From Asterionella formosa (Eukaryota): a DNA stretch of 64,000 bases. The stretch covers positions 1 to 64,000 of the forward strand of contig NKIB01012347.1 in the NCBI GenBank assembly GCA_002256025.1. The letters run 5' to 3'. Shown here piece by piece: positions 10,801 to 24,262 of the stretch (positions are counted from its first letter, which is position 1; the number at the start of each line of letters is the position of its first letter). A model generated the notes under the pieces. The model was not told where the DNA came from, made no database searches, and was given only the letters and a program-made list of their open reading frames with translations. Both the position numbers and the translations under genes were made by a program.

Positions 10801-13800
10801 ATGACGGGTGAGAGGCACCATCACGAATATCCTAGCTATCACAATTCACCAAATGACGACACTCCGGTGCAAGCAAATGCCTGTAAGTTTTTCAGCATCG
10901 CTCCCAAACTCTCAAGTCGCGATGCTAACACATCTATTCACAGACAAAGCCTACGAGAAAGTGTACGATAAAATTCCACACGTTAGTTCAGGTCGACCGA
11001 AAGACGGTGCCCAACATGCCAAAGTCGTGGAATTGAATGATGCCAATCAGTGTAGCGTCAGGAAAAGAAAGGAGATGTGTGCCACAGCTGTGGTGATTCT
11101 GACATCAATAGCAGCTTTGCTTTTGTGTGCAAGGGTCCTAGTAGTGTCGCCATTTCAACAAGAAAATAAATCGGGCACGAAACTGGGTGACGGGCGCGAG
11201 AAGCGCGTTGATCTCTTTGACGAATACGGTATGTAGTGAAGTTGTTTTAAGCACAAGGAGCCGTTTAATGCTATTAACATTGTTTCTCGGTGACGCTTAG
11301 GTCGGTATGTTCTGGAGGACTACGATGCCAAGCCTGCCTTCTCCAATTTCTTACCAGGGGTTGCAGGCATATACGGGAAACCTGTTTGGTCGTTTTATGT
11401 GAATCGTGGACAAGGCATTGCATCCTTTGGAGTGAAATCCAAAGATTTTCCAATATTGGAGTTCAATTCAGCCGATAAAGCATATCAAAATACCGCTCTA
11501 CTAGGCTTCAGAACCTTTTTGCAGGGTTCCAGAGGTTCTCGCAAGATTTTAACGGAACCATTCAGTCCACTTTTCACAAATTTTGAATCATCCAATAATG
11601 ATGATGTTACTGGCTTCTCAGCGAAAGTTGATCGCCTACCCAAGCGTTTTATGTACATTGGAGCAAACGAAGTACAAGTCAGGGAAATTGACTGGATCAA
11701 CAAAATCGAAACAAATATTTCATTTTTTGTCCTCCCCGAAGAGGATTTCGGAGCTTTGGTCAAACGTACAACAATCACAAATGTCGACACGCAAACAGTT
11801 TTGAAGATATCAGTTTTAGACGGCTTAGCTAGAATAGAGCCTGCTGGAGGGGTTATGAATAAGAAACTCAAGAATATTGGACGAACACTAGAAGGCTGGA
11901 TGGGTGTATATCAGCCATACAACGATAGTCTCGGAATGCCATTTTATCGATTATCGACAGAGGCTTCAGATACCGAAGCTGTCAAAGTGGAAAGAGCTGG
12001 GCACTATTGCCTTTCTGTTTTGGAAGACGATGATCGGCCTCTATTACTTCCCATAATCTTTGACACCTCGAAAGTGTTTGGGGAGGACACCATGATGCTG
12101 CGTCCTGTTGAGCTTGAAACAAATTCTGTGGACGAAATTTTGGGCAGGCCGCAGTATGGCTTTGCCAAGACATCTTCTGCCTTCGCTGCATGTAAGTTCC
12201 CTTATCCGCGCTTTACTGTGTTCTTGTGCCATATGCAACGTTTGTCTCACCAGATTATGCCTAGTGAAAGAAATAGAGATTAGACCAGGAATGAGCATTA
12301 CTATATCCTCGTTTTACGGCAAGGCTAATCGTATCCTCGACGTTCCCGTGATTGCAAGACGAGTTGAACAGGTTGGTTTTTCATTATACAAGTTCACCAG
12401 AGCTCGCGAACTTGTCAAGCAGATCACTGCAAGTGTCGAAACAAACACAGGAAGCCAGCTTTTCAATGGACATGTTCAGCAAATGTACCTCGACAATAGT
12501 CTTCGAGGGGGCATTCCGATTATCCTTGGTGAAGTTGACGATGACGTTTCAACGAGCATCGCAGATGAAGACCCACGCTTGAAGGTGGCTCATTTGTTCT
12601 CGAGAATACATGGTGATTTGGAAAGAGATTACAACAACTTTGAAATAGACCCTACTTACTTTTCCCAGGGTCCTGGTAACTTTAGAGATGTGATCCAGAA
12701 CAGGAGATGTGATGTCTTTTTCAATCCTCGCATTGGAGCATTCGACGTGAAAAATTTTCTTTCGTTTATTCAAGCTGATGGATATGAGCCACTTACTGTT
12801 GAAGCTAATGTATATGTGATCAAGGAAGAAGTCAGCTGCCAACTTGTCGCAGCGAACGCAGTTGGTCACGCTGAAGGACATAGGGCACAACGCGAGCTTC
12901 TTGCGAACATCCTTTGTAGTGGAGCTTTCCGCCCTGGAAAGTTGTTTCAACTTATGGAAGAGCACAACATCGAACTGATTATGTCAAGCGCAGATTTCGT
13001 TCGTGATGTCACCGCTGCAGCCACGGAATTCTCCATGGCCAAATACGAAACTGGTTATTGGGCTGATCACTGGACTTATTATATGGAACTCATTGAGGCA
13101 TATGTATCAGTCTTTCCCGATAAAGAACAAGACTTGATGTACGACCAAAAGCTCCCTTACTTTTTCTCGCCAGCCCATGTGCAGCCAAGAAGTCAAAAAT
13201 ATGTACTCGCTGTTTCGTTTGACGGTAAAAAACATGTGCGCCAGTTGGAAGCCACAGTGAAAAGCAAGACGAAAGAAAGCGTTCGATCGATGTATGCCAG
13301 TAATTCGACTGATATGATCTCGACTGAGGCAAATTGGCAACATGTAGAGGACGGAAGTCTGTTTAGGAGCTCGCCGATTGCTAAGCTACTATTATTGGGA
13401 ACTTTGAAATTTGCAACTAGAGACGCTTTGGGAATGGGAATCGAATACGAGGGAGGACATCCTGGCTGGAACGATGCGATGAATGGTCTATGTAGTATGC
13501 TTGGTAGCGGCATGCCCGAAACTTTCGAGCTCACAATTCTACTGGAATACGTGAAATCTGTCCTGAGCAAGTTCTGGCGACCAATCATAGTTCCACGTGA
13601 ACTTGCAACATTGATTAGCAATATCAATACAGCCCTAGATAAGTTGAATGGATATGTCTACAAACATCCAATCGGAAATAAGCAAGTACCAGACGAGATG
13701 TTTCGTTACTGGGATGAAGTGTCATCGGCTCGAGAAGCTTATCGGGAAGAAACAAAACTTTCTTTCTCGGGAGAAACGGTGCTATTGGAAGCTCCCCCGC

Positions 13801-14795
13801 TGGTGTCTATATTGAGAAGGTGGCTCATTGAACTTGAATTGGGTAAGCAACGAGCAATAGCAATTGGTACATACGGCCAAGGTGACGATGGGCACTCCGG
13901 TATCACTCCAACATACTTCTCGTTCCACGTTAAAAAGTGGAGGGAAACAGGGGAAACAACCTATGATGGTCATTCTCTTGTCATAGCGGAGCAACTGGAT
14001 TTCGGCACGTTTCCTCTCTTTCTTGAAGGACCAGTTCGGCTCATGAAGTCTGTGAACAAAACCGAAGCCGAAAGGATATATCTAAGTGTCCGAAATTCAC
14101 CGTTACATGATAAAGATTTGGGAATGTACACTGTATCGGCAAGTTTGCAAGGCCAAAGTCTCGATATGGGGCGAATGATGGCCTTCACGCCAGGATGGCT
14201 TGAAAACCAATCTGTGTGGATGCACATGTCATACAAGTTTTATTTGGGAATAATTCGCAATGGCCTATTTGATATTTTCTTTGACGAAATGAGAAATGGT
14301 GGTATGCTACCTTTCATGAACGCTGATCGCTATGGTCGCTCGTTAATGGAGTGCTCATCGTTTATAGTTTCTTCTGCGTTTCAAGATCCATCAACACGAG
14401 GACGAGGGTTTCTCGCTCGACTAAGTGGATCAACAGCCGAGTATTTGAGCATGTGGGTGCTCATGATGATCGGGCCCACTCCCTTCTTTTTGGATGACGT
14501 GACTGGCGAGCTGAGGATGCAGCTGTTACCGGCTCTACCCTTGTGGCTCTTTGAACGTGATCCAGTTGTCGTAGGAGCACCGCTTACAATATCTTTTAAA
14601 CTGTTCACAGCGATAAATGTTGAATACCATAATGTAAGGAGAACAAACGTCTTTGGCGTACCACCAACGAGATATGAGATCGGGCTTCGAGATGGAGAAG
14701 TTCATCAAATCCATGGTCGATCTATACCGCAAAGTCTGGCGGATAAGGCTCGCCGTGTCGGATTTGTTGATTACATTCATGTATATTTTGAGTGA
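10801..14795 (+). CDS. GH161-family beta-1,3-glucan phosphorylase with N-terminal transmembrane anchor; 4 exons, ~1262 aa
   Basis: Exons 10801-10882, 10944-11228, 11301-12191 and 12265-14795 join in frame across GT-AG introns of 61, 72 and 73 nt. Motifs: FSNFLPGVAGIYGKPVWSFYVNRGQGIASFG, SRIHGDLERDYN, QGPGNFRDV.QNRR, GYWADHWTY, GWNDAMNGL, GWLENQSVWMHMSYK, RLSGSTAE. Confidence 0.85.
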
Positions 14796-15037
14796 TATTT
14801 AAATGAAGAGTATTCGACGTCATATCTGTTTCAGCCTCACGTGAATATAATTGCAAAACGCAAGCAAGCTTTCTGCATGCATATCCTGCTTTAGTTCATC
14901 TGTGGCTCCGACATTACTATGAAGATTGTATGCTTGAATCGACGGAGCTAAGTGTAGTTGTACATACTAGTTTTTTTTATGGTCAAGAGAAGTTTGCTTT
15001 TCAGCATCACAGGTGCGATTGAATTCACCTCCGCCTT

Positions 15038-16204
15038 TTATTTCTTCGCCATTTCTTCCTCAACTATTTCAAGCGCCTTCTTATTCAGTTCAAACCAATC
15101 GCCCCATGCATCCATTTCTTTCTCGAGATTTGGTTCTGTTGATATGTAAGATGGTACTTCATCAATTTTGCCTAGTCGGAAGCCTGAAGCAACCAGAAAC
15201 TCCTTTCCCCCCGGATGCCGTCCAATATCGTTTGTGAATTTGGGATGATCGCATCTCACTCGTCGAAAGTTTGGCTCTTCTGGATGCGAAACAATCTGGG
15301 AAAATAGAGCGTGGAGAGCAGCTAAGGCGTTCATGAATTCTTGCTGAGAAGTCGATGATCTCAATATGGCTACATATTCACGGACACCCTGTTCTCCTTT
15401 CGTTACGCTTGTGACCCATTCGCGGTCCGCTCGTTCATTCTCTTCCCGCATTCGCTGCTGATCTTGCTCTGCTCGTTGTCGAGCCAATCTAGATGCTTCT
15501 GCAGCTCTAGCTAACGCCTCCAGCTCTCGTTGCCGAAGCAAGCGCTCCTCTTCCAATTGTTTCCGTTCCTCTTCCAATCGAGCTTGATGGTCTGCCTGTT
15601 CTTTTTGTTTCAGAATTTCTCTAGCTTTCACCATTTCTAACTCTGCATATCTTTGCAATTCTCTTTGCGCAAGTAGCGTTCCTTTCAAGTCGACTATCAC
15701 GCTGGGACCATTGTTGACATCTGCTATAGCACCTTTGTCAGTTTCACCGAAAACAACCTTTAGAGCCTCCAACATTGCATCGTGAGTCTTGAGCAATGCT
15801 TGGACGCGATCCATGGTTTTTCCTCCATACCGGGGAGTACCCGTTATTGGATCTTTCTGTTAATGTTGAGGATCGAAAAGTCAAGTGAGCAAAGGGGTTG
15901 TTCAGAAACACGTGTACGTGTGGAATAAACTATTATCGGAACTTACCTCCGAGAGTCGTTTTCGAAACTTGCTCATTTTCGGTTCCAGAGCAATCGTCGC
16001 CTCTTTTATTTGATCAAGAGTTTGAACCACTTGCTGGAGTGATTTGGTTTCCGAGCTCAAATCAGCCGTTCCTTCCGGAGCTTCCATCGCACTGATTACC
16101 TCCGGCAAACCAGAAAGCCTAGGATCGACAGTCGTACTTTTTCGAAGTGCTTCATACAAAGCCAGCATATCGCGGACGTCTTTCTCCGCTGATCGAAGCT
16201 CCAT
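15038..16204 (-). CDS. PUB-domain (p97/Cdc48-binding) coiled-coil protein; 2 exons, ~358 aa
   Basis: Exons 16204-15947 and 15856-15038 join in frame across a 90-nt GTAAGT...TAACAG intron. C-terminal PUB motif LFSQIVSHPEEPNFRRVR...F...IGRHPGGKEFLVASGF. Confidence 0.8.
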
Positions 16205-16769
16205 GCTTCACTTTTGTCTGTATTGAAAGTCAGCCAAGGAATTAATATTTCCCGACAATATTAGTCTGGAGTAGTATAAGAAAGAATGGGATGGAAGTGA
16301 GCCGATTGTGATGACGCTGATAAATCATGTAACTTATAAAAAGGGCAGGTCTTCGGGGCAATCTTAAAACAGAGACACAAAATTTAGAAAATGTTGCTCG
16401 GCCCAATTTTTTTGTATCTCACACATCCGGGGATGTGTTGCTTCCAGTGCATCACTGCAGATACAACATGAAGCAACAGTAATTTTGTAAATTGAATTTA
16501 TGTCATAAAATCAAATAAATCAACGAAGACACCATTTTTCATCTCTAAGGAGCAATCTTAACAGATATACAAATAATTATTTTTTTTAATTGTATCTTCA
16601 GAAAAAAATTAATCTTGACAGAGATACACTTCACAAATGTATCTCATTTACGGCAAAACAGTTAGCCATTTTTTCGAGTCTCCGCAAAATGTGCAGCAGA
16701 CTCAGCAAAATAATAGTGATGTGCACTTCAATCATACAACCTGTCTGATGATCATCATGACTCAAATGA

Positions 16770-17575
16770 CAGTTGCTGCCTTAATTGCCAATGCATGTGG
16801 ATTTCCTCATTGTTCCTTTGCTTGATTGACACGTACAATAGCTACCTTATCCTCAGGATTGCTCAATTTCTATCTCATTGCCATGGCTTTGGATGATTTG
16901 AGATATCCATCCAATGTTAAATATGGTTGAACAGTGGAGACTTGGCCTACCTTTCTCTAGAATGTGCAAAGAAGTTTCACGAGATTGCTAAGGATTTCCT
17001 TCTTTTGCCAAACTACAAATTGTGGCCAGTAATGATATCAACGAACAGATATGACATTGCAGTTGTTTAACAAGCAAACAGCAGGGTCATAGTGTAACAG
17101 TATTTGGGATTGATACCAATCGTGTCACTTGCCAAGAAGCATAACCAGCTTTGGGATGTGTCTACAAATTAGTGGAAATATCAGACCTGCCTCGGATCAA
17201 GCTATCTGAGGATATTGAAAAGGTGTTGATCCCAGGAGAGAAGCATCCATTTCGACTATACGGTGCTAATGGAATGCCCCTCTCGGATGTGCCCCGTGTT
17301 GCTGGAGAATGTGTGCTCTGTCGATGCCCTTTTATAGAGCATAATTAAGCCACAGTGATGGAGTCGAAAATTTGTTATTTTCGCCAAAGGGGAAAGTAAT
17401 GATTGATCTCTCTACATTGCAAGAGACAAAAGACTTTGTGGCAGATCAATTGAAGCTCATAACACGTGATATTTTACGCTACATCAATCCAGATCCATAC
17501 AAGGTTTCTGTCTTCAATACAATGTTCCAATTTTTGCACTATCTTTGGCACCAGGCTGAATCATCAGTGGTAGAG
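16770..17575 (+). pseudogene. NAPRT: 5'-truncated nicotinate phosphoribosyltransferase pseudogene; last codons displaced to 20804-20812 by the Copia insertion
   Basis: Frameshifted NAPRT motifs [68 protein letters not shown]. Confidence 0.85.
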
Positions 17576-20500
17576 TGTTGGACATTATATAGACTCCGGG
17601 TGACGTTGAAAGTCTGATGAGTCAAGTCGTGAAATGTCTCATGGGACTGATAGTGGGATCAAAATTAGCTGGAGTAGAAGTCTTGAATTGTATTTGGTAA
17701 GATTGAATTTGGCAGGATTAAGTTTGGCAGGACTAGTTGGCAAGATTGATAGTTTAGAAATAATTACAATTAGTTTACAATCTGAGAAACCTTGACTTGA
17801 GTAAGGTAGTCTTTCTTGGAGCCCTTCAACATACTTCGAAGTATAACGGTTAGGAACCAGAGGCTGATTGTAGATGAAAGAAAGATTGAAAAAAACAAAA
17901 ATTTGTAAAGTCACAATAGTACTCCACACATGGATGGTATGACCAATTTACATTATGCAGAAAAGTCAGATGCTATCACAATGGGCAATAAAATAAGTGA
18001 AAAAGCTATTAAGATAGCAGATATTAATGGTGTCATGTGTGACAAGCATGGAGTTGAAATTGCCAAAGCAATCATGCAAGATGTGACTTTGTAGCCTGCG
18101 GGCAAGTACAATTTATTCAGTTTGACAAAAATGATGAAAAAGGGATGGAAATTAAGTGGTGATGATAATGCACTTGTGTTGACAATGAATGATAAAACAA
18201 TAGCATTTGACATCAAAATTCCAACTCCAAAGGGTCTGTTATATGCCATGTACATGAAGAAGGCGGTGACTGAAGTTGCTGGTGCAGGCACAGATGGTGG
18301 TGCCAAATTATTGATTACAGAAATACATGATAAACTTGGACATGTAAATGAAGATATGGCAAGGAAGAAAGCAAAAGTTATTGGCCGGAACTTGACTGTA
18401 GGTGGCATGAAGCAGCCTTGTGAAGCTTGTGCTGCAGGGAAGGCAAAGCAAAAGAATGCTCCCAAAAAAAGTAAACATGAAGAAGCAAAAGAATATAATG
18501 AACGAATTTATTTGGACATTGCAACAGTGAAAAGACAGGACAATGAAAATGATAAAGATATGAAAATAACTGGAGCAAACTGGAGAATTATGGTAGATGA
18601 GAGGACTCAAATGAAATTCACAAATTTTTTTGAGACAGAAAGTGGAATGGTTGAACCAACATGTGGTGAAGAAGCTGAAAGTCTGAATAAAGAGACACAA
18701 ATGGTGACAAGGACTGGAAGGCGCATTAAGAGTCCATCAAGATTATTTAAGAAATGGGTGCTTTCGTGAGCAATTATCAGATTTGTTTGACTGATGCAGA
18801 AGTGAAATATTATGAAGCCATGAAAGAATTAGAGAAGTTAACAGTGATGCCCATCATGAATTTGGATTTGTAGGTGCTGGGCTTGGTGATGGATTTGAAA
18901 ACAAAGCAGAACTACATGTAATGAAGTATGATGCAAAAATGATGGATTTGAAAACACAGCAGAACTACATGTGATGAAGTATGATGCAACAATTAAGACA
19001 AAGGATGCGGCTGCATGGACAGTTGCTGTCAATGAAGAACATGATCATATCGTGAACAATAATGTTTGGAAACCTTTTGATAGAGCAAATATTCCAAGTA
19101 ATTCAAAGATCCTGACTTCAACATGGGCAATGAAAAATAAAGCGAACGGAAAATTTCGAGCTAGGCTGAATGCAAGAGGATTTGAACAAGTTGATGGTAT
19201 TCATTGTGATAAGAATAAAAAATAAGCTCAAGTCACAAATTAAATTACAATTAGAATTGTCTTTATTTTGATGGTAATGGGAAGGCTGTATGCTGAATTA
19301 TTGGATATTCAAGGTGCATTTCTCAAAGGAGAATTTGCTAATGGAGAATCAATTTATATGGAGGTACCTCAAGGTTTTGAGAGACATTATAAAAGGAATG
19401 ATGTATTGTTGTTGAAGCGAACGATCTATGGGTTAGTTCAGGCAGCATATGCATTCTGGAGGGAACTTGTGAAAGCACTTTATGATTTGGGATATACGAG
19501 GAGCAAAGCGGATCCATGTTAATACTTTGCATGGACTACTAATGGATTAATTATGTGGTTATCTTGGGTTGATGATTGCTTGGTGGTTGGCATGAAAGAG
19601 GAAGTTTTGAAGGATAAGAAGCAAATGATGAGAAGATTTGATTGTGATGAATTTGGACCGTTGAAGGAATATATTGGATGCAAGGTGGATTTCAATCCTA
19701 ATCAGGGCTATGTGCAACTGACTCAACCAGTGTTGTTGCAAAGCTTTGCTGATGAGTTTGATTCATCAAAAGGTGACAATCCAGTTACTCCTGCGGTGCC
19801 AGGTGATGTTTTGAGGAAAGGAAAATCAAATGAAATATTGTCTGTCAAGGAAATGACAAAATATAGGTCTGGTATGGGAAAATTGTTACATTTGATGAAA
19901 TGGTCTAGACCAGAGATCATAAATTGTGTTTGAGAGTTGTCATGCTGTATGATGGAATCATTAGGTGCACATATTCAAGCAATGAATAGAGTCATTAAAT
20001 ATTGAATTGGAACTCCTGATTGTGGATTAAAGTTGAAACCAAGTGGTAGATGGAATGGTGATCCAAATATGAGTTCATAATTTCAGGCATGTCGGATTCG
20101 GATTATGCCAACGATCCGGATAGGAGACGAAGTGTTAGTGGATACGCTACAATTTTGAATGGGGCACCAACATCTACTATGAAGAGTAAGATGCAATCGT
20201 GTGTTACATTGTCTGTGACAGAAGCAGAATTGGTTGCAGCCACGCAATGATGTGCACAGGATATGCTGTATGTCATGAGGGTTCTGGAGTCAATGGGAAT
20301 CAAGGTTAAAAAACCAATGAGACTAAACATTGATAATAAAGGTGCAGTCGATCTCACAAATAATTGGAGAGTGTTGAAGGTCGAACTCGTCATGTGGATG
20401 TGCGATATTTTTTTTACGCGAATTGAAGGAAGAGAATGTCATAATCTCTGAGTGGATTGGTACGGAAAAAATCTTTATTGAAAAACATACTGCAAAGTTC

Positions 20501-20798
20501 TGTGGTAATGATAAGTATATGAAGAGCCATGAAGATAGAGACTCGCTCTCAAGGCGAGGGTGTTAGAGGTTATAAAGACTCTGAGTGATGTTGAGAGTCT
20601 GATGAGTCAAGTCGTGAAATGTCTCATGGGACTGATAGTTGGATCAAAATTAGTTGGAGTAGAAATCTTGAATTGTATTTGGTAAGATTGAATTTGGTAG
20701 GACCAGTTGACAAGATTGATAGTTTAGAAATAATTACAATTAGTTTACAATCTGAGAAACCTTGACTTAAGTAAGGAAGTCTTTGGAGCCCTTAAACA
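17576..20798 (+). mobile_element. Internally deleted Ty1/Copia LTR retrotransposon
   Basis: LTRs 17576-17831 and 20561-20798 (TG...CA). PPT AAGGCGAGGG at 20551-20560. TSD TAGAG/TAAAG with 1 mismatch. Remnants of the integrase zinc finger (HDKLGH..CEAC..GK), RT (RARLNARGFEQ, LDIQGAFL, WVDD) and RNase H (SDSDYA, LSVTEAE, IDNKGA). gag and most of the integrase core are missing. Confidence 0.93.
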
Positions 20799-22119
20799 TA
20801 AAGTTGTCCTAGATGGCGATCAGATCGTCGTTTTCTTGAACTTGAAAACTCGCACGTTGCCTTACTTCCTTCCTTGCCCTTGTGTAGGAAAAACACTCTG
20901 TATGCACCAGCGCAAATGCAGAATCAAAGGAGTCCTATGCATAGTACCAGTTAAGAAATCAACTCCGAATCCATGCAAGTGCAAATATATAGGAGTATCA
21001 TCTAATAAATAAATTTGAAACTTTATGCATTTGTTTTACAATGGTGTTTCCTTTTCCAGCAATGCGAATCAACAACAATCGAGGGACAGGGCAATATGGA
21101 CATTCTCGCCATTCGCGTCATATTGAATGGACTGGGTTCACAGACAAAGTCGTTTTCATTGGATTTCTTTTGAGATTAACATTCTCCACGATGTCGAAGA
21201 GAAAGCTTGCTGTATAACCTGATTTGTTTGTCGCCAGGATAGACCCATGAATGGCAACTTTACCACCATCCTCACTGATTTTTACTTCTCTACCAACATC
21301 GTCAATCTGGGCCTTCAAATTTGACAAATATCTCCAAATGATGCACTGTGGTATCTTCAGCGATACACACAGATACACATTTCGGAGCAACAAATAATGT
21401 GTTGCTGGAAGCAACATCCCACCTGGATGTGTGAGATACAAAAAATCGGTCCAAGCAGCATATTTTAAATTTTTGTATCCCTGGTAAGATCGCCCCTAAT
21501 TGCAACAACAGAAACGAATTTTGGAGGATTGAGCAACAACAGTTGCTTATCATTATTGCAACTCATGTAATTATGGTTTCAGTATATTCTTGCAACATTT
21601 ACGAGTTGAATTGCATGTGCAACCGACAATGCGCGCACCAAGCCTTTCTTTCTTTCTTGGTATCCCTGATGAAGGGAAAAGATGAGCCGATAGATCCTGT
21701 CGTCAAGGAGGAGTGGGGGGAAAACGCCACTGTGATGGGTGTAGGAGCTCGAAGGAAGACGATCAAACCCACACAATGTGATGAGGGCATCATCATGCTT
21801 GCTATTGAACAATGTCCAGAATGGACTTGACTATGGATGCTGAAGTGCACAGTGCCGGCTTTTGCCACTTCTTCTTCTTCTGACCTCATCAACAGTCAAG
21901 CTTACATGAAAAGATGGAGTCTTGTTTATTGCTATATCACATGCTGCTAGCAGTAGCAATGTGATGATCATGTGAGAGGAAAGCTGACATGGTCAGTGAC
22001 TGACAATGGTGAAATTATGAAACTCAAATGTAATGAACAAGAGGATACATGACAAACAAGAGGATGGATCACTAAGAACAAAAATGTAACTGTTATAAAT
22101 CATAGTTAAAATTTTTACT

Positions 22120-23557
22120 GGGCGCGCTCTGATATTAAAAAATTATTATATCATGCATGTGTGCATTATAACACAAATTATATTGGCGATTTGATACATA
22201 ATAACGTCGTCGCACTCTGATAATCAAGATATTTAGATTAGTCATTTGACAATTTAAATAAATTTAACTTTAATTTATAACGTTATAGTTTCATAGCGAT
22301 GCATCCTCTTGCGTGTTATGTGGCCTCTTGTTCATCATTGTCCACATGAGTTCCAAATTTCACCAGTTTCAGTCACTGACCAGCATGTCGGCTTACCTCT
22401 CATCTCCTGATGACAAGGATGATGCCATGAGTGAAATTAAAACATGAGACAGAGACAGAGAAATTTCAGCTTTTCTCAAGAAGGAAGCCTTTGATCGTCA
22501 AATCAGGCCAACAGAAGTTTCACAACGAGGTGTTGCTCTCCAAGAGCGACTTTTCACTCCAAAATGAAGACATTCAGAGGAACTTGCATCATTTGTTTGC
22601 CCATGCTATGGACTGAGCCCAACCTATTCCCGCTTTTCAACGACTAGTTCTTATCAATCACCATTGGAATGGAGGTGAAATCAATCAAGTTTTCGATGAA
22701 ATTATAAATCAATTTCATCAAGGGCAAGAGTGATTGGCAGCAAGCCCAACTTATTCCCGACTTTTAACGACAAGATCGTAACAATTCCCATGGGGATGGA
22801 GGTGAAATCAATCCAGCCTTGATGACATTGAAAATCAATTTCAACAGCTGCAAGAGAAATTGGCAGAAAATCCAAATGTATTGCAGCTTGTAGATGGAGA
22901 CGATGAGGTACCAGCAGAGAAATTCAGTTGATTGTGCGTGTTTTGTCTGGAAAATAAGTTCCATGCTGCAGACGCCATTGTACAAAGGATGCTACAGTAA
23001 CAAAGGTCTGTAGTGAAAACAATATCTTCATTTACAAGCACAGCAAATGTATTATAGTTTATGGCGGTGTTGACGATGTGGTAGTGACATTAAAGCTAAC
23101 AAACAAATGTATAGAATGATATAATGTGCTCTGTTTCTTCATTTCGCCTTATAGTCATCAATCAGTGCAGACATTGCACATAAATTGATAGTGGCTGCAA
23201 CCACTAAGATTGTATTGCAGGTGGATCGTGAGCAAGAAGACATGATCACAACAAACCTGGAAGCATACAAGGATCATTGATGATATCTTTAGGACGATTG
23301 ATGTATATATATATATGCATACCGGCATCTTTTTTGGTAGTAAGAGCAAGCCATTTCGGGTATGAGCAAACAAGCCTTGAAATATTCCGGGAAATTATAT
23401 GTAGTCATTCATTCCTAAACATCTTCTTATATAATGCACTGTTATTTATAACTGTAAAAAATTTGGTCAACACAAACACAAATTTTGGGGTTATGGGTAC
23501 AATGATTTGTGTTATAATACCACATGATATAATATTTTTTAATATCAGAGCGCGCCC
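22120..23557. mobile_element. Non-autonomous TIR DNA transposon (PIF/Harbinger-like termini), 1438 bp
   Basis: ~60-bp imperfect TIRs begin GGGCGCGCTCTGATATTAAAAAA. 3-bp direct repeat ACT at 22117-22119 and 23558-23560. No intact ORF. The superfamily call is tentative. Confidence 0.8.
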
Positions 23558-24262
23558 ACTATTAGATAAGTATAGTAATCTAAAATAATTTGAGTTTCAA
23601 AGTCCAACGACGATGTTATATATATATATTATATAACCAAAGAATATAGTTGTTATTTAATAATTATGGCGCAAATTAATTTTGTACCAGGGTGTTAAAG
23701 TATTACCTTTTTGATAGATCTATATCATTAGACAAAGGAGACTATAAATAGAGACGTTTGTTTTTCTTTCCGTTTCTATATTCTTATTGTGAGTTTACTA
23801 ATCTAGTTTAGGTTGTTCTGTTTGAACAAACAAACAAACTATTCTCCAAATGCTGTTTGCATTTCTAAAAACAAACAATCATAGATAGACCCATGTCTAT
23901 CTCACACTTACTGATCATAGGTTTTTGACCATGATCATTCATTTTCAAACTATCGGTCTTCCGAAATAGCTTATATCATCCGGCTCATTATAGGTGGAGT
24001 AACAAGGTATAATGTGTGTTTGATGAGAGCTTGGTACATCAAAGTTGACTCATTCGAATCGTTTGACTCGTTTGACTCCGAGTCCTAACTACGTACCGGT
24101 AGATGAGCTCAAAAAAAGACCAGGGTACCTGGTACCTATTTCGAAGCGCGCCGACTATATAACGGTAGTCAAATATAGTAGCTCTATGCATTCACAAACC
24201 ATTCCATCGTGATGCAGTGTTACTGTGTTACTATCTTATTGTAGTCGGTCCATTAAAAGTAC

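Noticed and set aside
11485..14780. Many antisense ORFs over GH161 (likewise over TMTC, HTATSF1 and HSF)
   Set aside because: Shadow ORFs of well-supported genes on the opposite strand.
21118..21892. Gene fragments between the Copia and the TIR element
   Set aside because: They look coding-like but match no family I can recognise.
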